Origin: a virus
Direction: 5' to 3' (one strand)
Virus record (IMG/VR): IMGVR_UViG_3300046171_000208
Coordinates: 1-64,000 of that record
DNA: 64,000 bases
The notes under the pieces were generated by a model. The model did no database searches, was not told the DNA's origin, and was given only the letters and a program-made list of their open reading frames with translations. The position numbers were made by a program, and so were the translations under genes. How positions within the stretch are numbered: position 1 is the stretch's first letter; the number at the start of each line of letters is the position of its first letter. Positions 32,310 to 39,982 of the stretch are shown one piece after another.

Positions 32310-33812
32310 ATGTCCAGAATACGAACTAATCTAATAACAAATAGAATGGCAAACGGTGCCCCTACCGTTTCCAATGGATTAGTCATATCTGGAGTTACAA
32401 CCTCTACAAATGTTTCAGTTGCTAGTTCAGTAACTGCGACAACTTTTTATGGCAGTGGTGCAAATTTAACTGGTATCACCCAGACAACAATCAATAATAA
32501 TGCAGACAATAGAGTTATAACTGGATCTGGAACTGCAAATACATTAGAAGGTGAAGCAACCTTAACATATAATAGTGGCACTATGTTCCTTTCAAATAGT
32601 GGAGGAGATGCATATTTAAAATTATCAAGAAATGCATCTGTATCTGATGGAACAGCGATAGGTACAATTGATTTTTGTAATAATACTGGTAATACAACCA
32701 ATGCTAGAGTTGCTGCATATGCTAGTGGGGGAAGTAATGTTGGAGGACACCTATACATTGAAACCAGAGACCCATCTAATTCAACACTAAGTGAAAGACT
32801 TCGCATCACATCAGACGGAAAATTTGGTATTGGCATAAATTCTCCTGACCAGACAGTTCATATTCATAAAGGTAGTGCTGGAAGTATAGATTCTTCAACC
32901 GCTAGTGTTCTAACTTTAGAAAATAACACTACTGCAGTTTTACAATTTTTGACTCCAAATAATGTTTCTGCACAATTGCGTTTTGGTGATCCACAAGATA
33001 ATGGTGCTGGATTTATTGACTACAGCCATTCTTCAAATACGATGGCTTTCGGAGTGTATGGTCCAACAAGAATGCAACTTGATAGTAATGGTCATTTAGG
33101 ATTAGATGTAGCGAGTACTACTCAACTTGCTAATAGTAAAATACTAACACTTAGACCAGGTAATGATGATGGTATAAGATTTGTAAGACCAGGTGATAGT
33201 AGTAATAGTCCAAATATACATTTAGATTTGACCACAACAACATCTGGTAGTGCTTTCCCAAGTGGTGAAGCATATACAACTAAGTATAAGACTACAAATT
33301 GTGACCAGATATTTGAAACTTATGAAGGTGGTGGAACTGGTGGTAATATTTCATTCAGAACTCAAAGTTCTAGTGGTGAATCACTTCGCATTAACAAAGA
33401 TGGACAAGTAACACAACCAGCTCAACCATCATTTGCTGCATATAGAAACCAAGATGGTTACGGTTTGAATAATGAAGTATTTCCATTCAACGTAACTAGA
33501 CATAATACTGGTAGTCATTTTAATACAGGAAATCATAGATTTACTGCACCAGTAGCTGGAAGATATTTATTTACATTTTATTCAATTCTTAATACTCAAA
33601 TTAATAGTGGAGTTTATTCTTTTAGAGTTAATAACTCTACAAGTTATGGACATAATGTTCACTTTACTACTGTTAATGGTAATTGGGATCATGTATCCAC
33701 TTCACAAATAATGAATCTTAATTCAAATGATTATGTAACACTGTGGAGTAACTCAAACATAAACTGGCATGGTAATGGTTGGCAGATATTCTGCGGTGAA
33801 CTTCTCTCATAA
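32310..33812 (+). CDS. Fibre protein with C-terminal C1q-like domain (paralog A)
   Basis: PSFAAY...FN...NTGSHFNTGNHRFTAPVAGRYLFTF...LNSNDYV...FCGELLS. Confidence 0.8.
   Translation: MSRIRTNLITNRMANGAPTVSNGLVISGVTTSTNVSVASSVTATTFYGSGANLTGITQTTINNNADNRVITGSGTANTLEGEATLTYNSGTMFLSNSGGDAYLKLSRNASVSDGTAIGTIDFCNNTGNTTNARVAAYASGGSNVGGHLYIETRDPSNSTLSERLRITSDGKFGIGINSPDQTVHIHKGSAGSIDSSTASVLTLENNTTAVLQFLTPNNVSAQLRFGDPQDNGAGFIDYSHSSNTMAFGVYGPTRMQLDSNGHLGLDVASTTQLANSKILTLRPGNDDGIRFVRPGDSSNSPNIHLDLTTTTSGSAFPSGEAYTTKYKTTNCDQIFETYEGGGTGGNISFRTQSSSGESLRINKDGQVTQPAQPSFAAYRNQDGYGLNNEVFPFNVTRHNTGSHFNTGNHRFTAPVAGRYLFTFYSILNTQINSGVYSFRVNNSTSYGHNVHFTTVNGNWDHVSTSQIMNLNSNDYVTLWSNSNINWHGNGWQIFCGELLS
33402..33812 (+). 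repeat. C1q-domain coding repeat, copy 1 (copy 2 at ~34716-35121)
   Basis: Long identical tracts such as TGGTAGTCATTTTAATACAGGAAATCATAGATTTACTGCACCAGT, separated by divergent patches. Confidence 0.9.
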
Positions 33813-33827
33813 ATATTCAAAAATAAT

Positions 33828-35121
33828 ATGTCCAGAATAAGAGCAAACCAAATAACAAATCAGTCTGCGGATGGAGCACCTACCGTTCAGAATGGTCTTG
33901 TAATTTCTGGTGTGACAACCTCTACAACTTTCTCTGGTTCTGGTGCAAGTTTAACTAATATACCATCAGCACAATTAACTGGTGCATTGCCAGCGATTAG
34001 TGGTGCAAACTTAACTGGTATCACCCAGACAGCAATAAACAATAATGCTGATAATAGATTAATTACTGGTTCAGGAACTGCAAATACTTTAGAAGGTGAA
34101 GCAACTTTAACTTTTACCAATTCTGGTTCAGCTGGTCAACTAAATTTAAAGAGGTCAACTTCAACTGATCAAGAAACAATTTTCTATTATAGTTCAAGTA
34201 ATTTAGAGATTGAAACTAGAGAAGCAACTGGTATAAAACTTAAAACAAATAAAAGTGATAGAGTTAACATCACAGCAACTGGTCAAGTTCAACTTCCAGT
34301 AAATGGTCAACAATTAACTTGGGGTGCATCCCAACAGATGAAGTTCTACTATGAGAATAGTGAAGAACGTATGTATCTACAAGGTGATGGTGCATATGGT
34401 TTTGCCTTCAGAGTTAATAGTGGAAATCGCATAGAAATTAGTAAGACCTACTGGTGATGTAACTATGCAAGGTGCATCTGGTAGAAACTTCCTGTGGGAT
34501 AATTCAGATGCAAGTTTATATCTAACTGATAGTGGTTCTGGTGCGAGTGCTAGACTTAAAATAGGATCTGGTCAAGACCTTCAACTATATCACGATGTTG
34601 GTGGAGCAAATCATATAACTTGTGCTACTAACCAAGAGTTAAAAATTTCAGCAAATAAACATACATTTTATGATTATAGTGGTGTTACTAAAAGAATGGA
34701 AATCAATGCCTCTGGACAAGTAACACAATCAGCTCAACCATCATTTGCTGTATATAGAAACCAAGATGGTCATACGTTGAATAATGAAGTATTTCCATTC
34801 AACACAGCAAGATATAATATTGGTAGTCATTTTAATACAGGAAATCATAGATTTACTGCACCAGTCGCTGGAAGATATTTGTTTAATTTTTATTCAATTT
34901 ATAATACAGGTGGTTCATCTCATCAAATTGCATACAGAGTTAATAACTCTACAAGTCAAGGGATGTTAATTCATTTTTCTCACGCTGGTGGTTGGGATTA
35001 TGTATCCTATAGTCAAATGTTTAATCTTAATGCAAATGATTACGTAACAATGTGGAGTACTTCAAACATTAACTGGCATGGTAATAGTTGGCAACTATTC
35101 TGTGGTGAACTCCTCTCATAA
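33828..35121 (+). CDS. Fibre protein with C-terminal C1q-like domain (paralog B), split by an apparent +1 insertion at ~34448
   Basis: ORFs 33828-34457 and 34465-35121 join (IEISKTTGDVTMQGAS) if one C is removed from AAGACCTACT. Same N- and C-termini as paralog A. Confidence 0.78.
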
Positions 35122-35159
35122 ATACCACAGTATAAATAAACAAAAGACTTTATTTTAAA

Positions 35160-35405
35160 ATGATACATACAAGTTATTCAGTCGGCATTACAACAGGTGA
35201 ATATAAAGCACTTCAGTATGTAATGATTGATCAAAAGGAATGGATTGAAAATGCAATCCAAAATCGTGCAAGAATTGCAACGGTTGAAATACAGAATCTT
35301 TATACTCAATATAAAATCAACAAAGGTGAAGCAATCACTGCAGTTGGAAGTACAGCAATTATCGAAGCAGCATATAGTGAGGGTGTGATAGGTATTGCCA
35401 CATAA
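35160..35405 (+). CDS. Small hypothetical protein
   Basis: 81-aa ORF (EYKALQYV..DQKEWIENAIQNRARIA) with TATAAATA upstream. Confidence 0.7.
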   Translation: MIHTSYSVGITTGEYKALQYVMIDQKEWIENAIQNRARIATVEIQNLYTQYKINKGEAITAVGSTAIIEAAYSEGVIGIAT

Positions 35406-35423
35406 ATAATCAGAAAGATATAA

Positions 35424-36797
35424 ATGGCATCCGAGATACGAGTAAATAAAATTAATAACCGTGCTGGGCTGGGTACTGTAGAGTACACTCCCACAGGTAT
35501 TATAGTATCTGGAATTGTCACTGCTTATGAGTTCGATGGAAACTTTGATACAACACCAGGCATTGTTATCACAGGTATTGGAACTGCTCAATCATTAGAT
35601 GTAGATGATTTTGTAGATGTAGGAAGTAATATAAAATTAGGAAACGCAGGTGTTGTTACAGCAACCACATTTAGTACTGCAAATGTTGATATTAATACAG
35701 ATAAAATTGTTGTAGGAACTGGTGTCACAATCGAAGCAAATCAAGTTGCAACTGGTCAGGCAACATTCACAGGTATCGTAACTGCAAGTGCATTTAAATT
35801 ATCAGATGGAAGTAATGTAGGTGGTACTGATTCTGATAGTATGCTGAATACTGTCGGTGGAACTTTGTCTGGTGCTGATATTGTAATTGGTGGTAATAGT
35901 GGTAGTAGTGGAAATGATAATACTTTGTTTGGATATTCAGCTGGAAGATTTATAGCTCTAGGAGATGGGAATTCATGTTTTGGAATTACAGCAGGTAGAA
36001 ATATTGGTGCAGGTATGTGGAATACTTTTATTGGTGGTCAAGCAGGTCGGAATATGTCTTCAAGCAACAATACTTGTGTAGGATATCAAGCTGGTTACAT
36101 GAATAATACCTCTGGTAATACTATTGCGTTTGGATATCAAGCTGGTTACAATGCAACAGGTTCTGGAAGACTTACTGCGATAGGATATCAGGCAGGTAAA
36201 GCTCATACTGGTGGAAATGGTAACACCTATCTTGGATATCAAGCAGGTCATCTAAATGGTAATGGCGACAGGAACGTTGTTATTGGTGATCTAACCGTAT
36301 CAGGATCAAGTGATTATAATCGTGTTACGGTCATTGGTGCTGGTGCTGCTGGTGGATTTGGATCAAATGCGAATGATAATACTGTGATTGGTTATGGTGC
36401 TGGTGGTTCTACATTAACAGGAACAAACAACATTATAATAGGATCTGGTGCGAATCTTTCAGGCAATGTCTCTAACGAAATAACTTTAGGTAATGCAAAT
36501 ATTAATCATTTAAGAGTACCAGGCATTGGAGTTAGTTTCAGTGCAGGTGGTGCTGTCATTAGTGGTATCGTTACTGCAACATCTTTCTCTGGTGATGGTA
36601 GTAATCTATCTAACTTACCTGCTGGTGCTCCTGTTGGTGGTGCATCAACTAACACAGTATTCTTTGAGAATGATGTAGCAGTGGCAGTCAACTATCAGAT
36701 AACTTCAAATAAGAATGCGATGAGTGCAGGACCAATTGCAATTAATGCTGGAATTGCAGTCACAGTTCCATCAGGATGTTCTTGGACTATTGTATAA
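35424..36797 (+). CDS. Fibre protein with N(T/S)xxGYxAG repeats and C-terminal NAMSAGPI...W.IV domain
   Basis: Repeated GYQAG units; VDDFVDVGSNIKLGNAG module. Confidence 0.78.
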   Translation: MASEIRVNKINNRAGLGTVEYTPTGIIVSGIVTAYEFDGNFDTTPGIVITGIGTAQSLDVDDFVDVGSNIKLGNAGVVTATTFSTANVDINTDKIVVGTGVTIEANQVATGQATFTGIVTASAFKLSDGSNVGGTDSDSMLNTVGGTLSGADIVIGGNSGSSGNDNTLFGYSAGRFIALGDGNSCFGITAGRNIGAGMWNTFIGGQAGRNMSSSNNTCVGYQAGYMNNTSGNTIAFGYQAGYNATGSGRLTAIGYQAGKAHTGGNGNTYLGYQAGHLNGNGDRNVVIGDLTVSGSSDYNRVTVIGAGAAGGFGSNANDNTVIGYGAGGSTLTGTNNIIIGSGANLSGNVSNEITLGNANINHLRVPGIGVSFSAGGAVISGIVTATSFSGDGSNLSNLPAGAPVGGASTNTVFFENDVAVAVNYQITSNKNAMSAGPIAINAGIAVTVPSGCSWTIV

Positions 36798-36819
36798 ATA
36801 TTGATGAGGAAATAATCTT

Positions 36820-37386
36820 ATGCCAGTAACTATTAACGGAGACGGAAGCATCACAGGACTCTCAGTTGGGGGTTTAGGTTCTGGTGTTGTAAATACAGCA
36901 TCCATAGCTGATGGTGCAGTGTCAGCTGTTAAAAGGTCTGAAGGTTCTGTTTTACAATTATTGACAGGAGCTATTTCTTCTTACAGTGCAACAACTTCTA
37001 CTTACACAGAAAAAGGAACTCTAAGAATCACACCAAAGAGAGCTGGTTCATCATTCCTAATTATGTTAAGTTTGTATGTTAATAATTATAATAGTAGTAA
37101 TTCAAACTCTTATGCAGCAGTTAAATATTACAGAGATGTAAATGGTGGTGGTGATGTTGATATAGGTGGAATGGAAAGAGCCAATAAAGTTTATGGTCAG
37201 TCTATAGGTACTTTAATTGCTCTTGGTAATATGTGTGGGCCAATACATAAGGTTGATACACCCTCATATAGTTTAGGTAATTATATTGATTATTCAATAC
37301 GGTTAGCACAAACAGGAAGTGGAACCGCACAATTTGCTGCAACCTCAGACTCTCATTATTATAGTATTATGGAGATTGCAGGATGA
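36820..37386 (+). CDS. Putative fibre-tip/adhesin protein
   Basis: MPVTING...GSVLQ...ITPKRAGSSFLI...IMEIAG; architecture similar to the 20912-22652 trio. Confidence 0.6.
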   Translation: MPVTINGDGSITGLSVGGLGSGVVNTASIADGAVSAVKRSEGSVLQLLTGAISSYSATTSTYTEKGTLRITPKRAGSSFLIMLSLYVNNYNSSNSNSYAAVKYYRDVNGGGDVDIGGMERANKVYGQSIGTLIALGNMCGPIHKVDTPSYSLGNYIDYSIRLAQTGSGTAQFAATSDSHYYSIMEIAG

Positions 37387-38066
37387 GCGAACTTAATTTT
37401 ACACATTCAAATGGTAATAAGGTCAAGTTAACAACACCTGATACTTTGGCTGCAAGTAAAACTTTCAAGTTACCTGGTGCCGACGGGAGTTCTGGGCAAT
37501 TTTTGAAAACTGATGGATCGGGTGCACTCTCATTCGCAACAGCATTAACTGGACCAACAGCACCAAGTTGGACAACAGCAGCGTCTTATGATTGTGCATC
37601 TGCCAATCCAAGTGATCTTTTTGCTACGGGATTAACCAATCCACAAGTCATTATGTATGTTTTTCACGAATTAAAACATAGTGCATCTAGTAGATGTATA
37701 ATGCGGATTGGTTCTTCGAGTGGATATCAAACAGGTGGTTATTTTGATATAGGATATTACACTCAAGCTGGTGGTACACCAACTCGCACAAGAGGACATA
37801 ATCAAGGTCAATGGTATCCTCTTGATTATAATTTTACTAATAATTCTAATTTATACAGCGGTAAAATAGTGTTAACTCGAACTTTCAATCGTTGGTCTTA
37901 TCAAACATCCTGTGATGTAAGTTACAATGGTCAGAACACACAGTATGATGTCGGATGGAGAGGTCATAATCGTGATTTTTCATCATCATTAGATCGTGTA
38001 AATATGTATAATGATGGTGGTGGAACTTTCACTTCAGGGTATGTAACTATTTTAACACAATCATGA
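37383..38066 (+). CDS. Putative fibre-tip protein
   Basis: LPGADGSSGQFLKTDGSGALSF fibre motif plus a unique C-terminal domain. Confidence 0.6.
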   Translation: MSELNFTHSNGNKVKLTTPDTLAASKTFKLPGADGSSGQFLKTDGSGALSFATALTGPTAPSWTTAASYDCASANPSDLFATGLTNPQVIMYVFHELKHSASSRCIMRIGSSSGYQTGGYFDIGYYTQAGGTPTRTRGHNQGQWYPLDYNFTNNSNLYSGKIVLTRTFNRWSYQTSCDVSYNGQNTQYDVGWRGHNRDFSSSLDRVNMYNDGGGTFTSGYVTILTQS

Positions 38067-39259
38067 GTACATTAAAAGTAGACGCAATAAGACACAATAG
38101 TGCAACGAGTGATGCAATCACAACAGTATCAGATGGAACTTGCACTGCAAAATTAACTTCGGTAGGAGGAGGACAACTCTCTCATCGCAACATCATAATC
38201 AACGGAGCCATGAACGTGGCCCAAAGGGGAGTGACATCAACCAATACTGGTTATCAAACTGTTGATAGATTCTCTTGTGGTGCTGGTGGTGTTAATGAGG
38301 CTCCTACTTTCGCACAAGTTGATGTTGCAAATGGAACTACTCCATACACTTTAGGTTTTAGAAAATCATTAAAAATAACTAATGGAAATCAAACATCTCT
38401 TGATACTGGTGATGAAATTAATATAGTTTATAATATTGAAGCTCAAGATTTAATTGCAAGTGGTTGGAATTATAAGTCAAGTTCAAGTTTTGCTACTTGG
38501 TCTTTTTGGATAAAATCGAGTGTTGCACAAAACTTTCGTGGTTATATAAGAACTTATGATAATACTGCAACAGCTTATGCTTTTGAAACAGGAACTCTAT
38601 CAGCTAACACTTGGACAAAAATTGTAAGAACAATTCCTGGTAATTCTGGTTTAGATATTGATAATGATAATGGAACAGGACTTCAAATAAGACTTTTAGC
38701 GTACATAGGCACTGCTTATACCGACAACTCAACACCTACACATTCATGGGTTACTTATAATAGTTCAGCAAGAACTCCAGACAATACTTCAACTTGGTAT
38801 CAAACAAATGATGCAACATTGGAGATCACAGGTTATCAATTTGAAGTCGGGGACACAGCAACCTCGTTCGAGCACCGTACCTATCAAGATGAATTCTTGC
38901 GTTGCTGTAGATATTATCAACAATTAACTGGTGATGATAGAGGATATAATGGAGGTGGTAGTACTGGGTCATTTAAAAACTCAGTAATAGGAATTTATAA
39001 TTCAGCAACTGATGTAAGATGCATCTACTATCATATGGTTCCCATGAGAGATTCTCCTACTTTTACTTTGCTTGGTGCAGTGTCTGATTTTGATCTTGAA
39101 CCATTTGATCGTGCACCAAGTAGTATTGCATCAAATAGGATGAGCCCCTTTCAATCAACACTTCTCATAGCTGATAGCACAGGTGCTACTACAGGTAATG
39201 CTTGTCAACTTACAATTGACCAAGCAGCTGGAGGATTAGCATTTTCAGCAGAACTATAA
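38063..39259 (+). CDS. Putative fibre-tip protein with carbohydrate-binding-like jelly-roll domain
   Basis: MSTLKVDAI, RNIIINGAMNVAQRG, QFEVGDTATSFEHR...RCCRYYQ, FSAEL end. Confidence 0.65.
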   Translation: MSTLKVDAIRHNSATSDAITTVSDGTCTAKLTSVGGGQLSHRNIIINGAMNVAQRGVTSTNTGYQTVDRFSCGAGGVNEAPTFAQVDVANGTTPYTLGFRKSLKITNGNQTSLDTGDEINIVYNIEAQDLIASGWNYKSSSSFATWSFWIKSSVAQNFRGYIRTYDNTATAYAFETGTLSANTWTKIVRTIPGNSGLDIDNDNGTGLQIRLLAYIGTAYTDNSTPTHSWVTYNSSARTPDNTSTWYQTNDATLEITGYQFEVGDTATSFEHRTYQDEFLRCCRYYQQLTGDDRGYNGGGSTGSFKNSVIGIYNSATDVRCIYYHMVPMRDSPTFTLLGAVSDFDLEPFDRAPSSIASNRMSPFQSTLLIADSTGATTGNACQLTIDQAAGGLAFSAEL

Positions 39260-39260
39260 C

Positions 39261-39289
39261 TTGACACTTTGAAAACCTTGATATATAAT
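39261..39289 (+). promoter_or_regulatory. Consensus sigma70-type promoter inside the late structural region
   Basis: TTGACA 39261-39266, 17 nt, TATAAT 39284-39289. Confidence 0.8.
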
Positions 39290-39311
39290 AAAGTCAAATA
39301 TATTTTTAGTA

Positions 39312-39524
39312 ATGGCAACTGATCAACAAAATCATTTAAAGTCTGTAACAGAGCAAGCACAAGGTCTTGTGAATGAAATTAATCAACTCGAAGGACAAGC
39401 AAAATCAAAAAGAGATATGCTTTTAAAACTTCAAGGTATCATTGAATATCTACAACAAACTGGTGTTGAAATGCCTGTAGAAGAGGAACCAGAGGTTGCT
39501 CCTGCAGAACCAGTTGAATCTTGA
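39312..39524 (+). CDS. Small coiled-coil protein with acidic tail
   Basis: Heptad-rich 70-aa ORF downstream of the sigma70 promoter. Confidence 0.75.
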   Translation: MATDQQNHLKSVTEQAQGLVNEINQLEGQAKSKRDMLLKLQGIIEYLQQTGVEMPVEEEPEVAPAEPVES

Positions 39525-39555
39525 TTATAAATAAAAAGAAAGAGTTAAAATTTAG

Positions 39556-39957
39556 ATGCCATATATTGGTCGTCCGCAATCATCAGGTGCGTTTGCTAAA
39601 CTTGATGATGTAAGTTCACAATTCAATAATAGTAAAACTGTTTTCAATTTAACGATTGGTAATCAAGCATTTTTTCCTGGCAATCCTTATACATTATTAG
39701 TATCATTAGGTGGTGTTATTCAAGAACCAATAACATCATTCACAATTAATGATGACCAAATAACTTTTGCATCAGCACCACAATCTGGTGCTAACTTTTT
39801 TTGTGTAGTCTTATCTACAACACTCAATACTGAACCATTAAAAACTCTAACTGTAGGAGCAAGGTCAGGGGCACAAACTCTTGATTTACATGGAAGAACA
39901 TTAGCAATAGCAGATCGCTCTGGTACTAAACATACTATCGGTTTCAACCTCACATAA
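39556..39957 (+). CDS. Small virion structural protein
   Basis: MPYIGR...LDDVSSQF...LLVSLGGVIQEP...ITFASAP; homologous to the N-terminal part of 44246. Confidence 0.7.
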   Translation: MPYIGRPQSSGAFAKLDDVSSQFNNSKTVFNLTIGNQAFFPGNPYTLLVSLGGVIQEPITSFTINDDQITFASAPQSGANFFCVVLSTTLNTEPLKTLTVGARSGAQTLDLHGRTLAIADRSGTKHTIGFNLT

Positions 39958-39982
39958 ATAAAAAGAAAGCTTTAACGATATA

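Noticed and set aside
34440-34467. Programmed frameshift between ORFs 33828 and 34465
   Set aside because: No slippery heptamer or stimulatory structure is evident; a single extra C explains it, matching the other indel-like breaks.
33402-35121. C1q repeat pair as a diversity-generating retroelement TR/VR
   Set aside because: Differences are not adenine-specific (C/T changes and indels), both copies are coding gene ends, and no reverse transcriptase is in the window.
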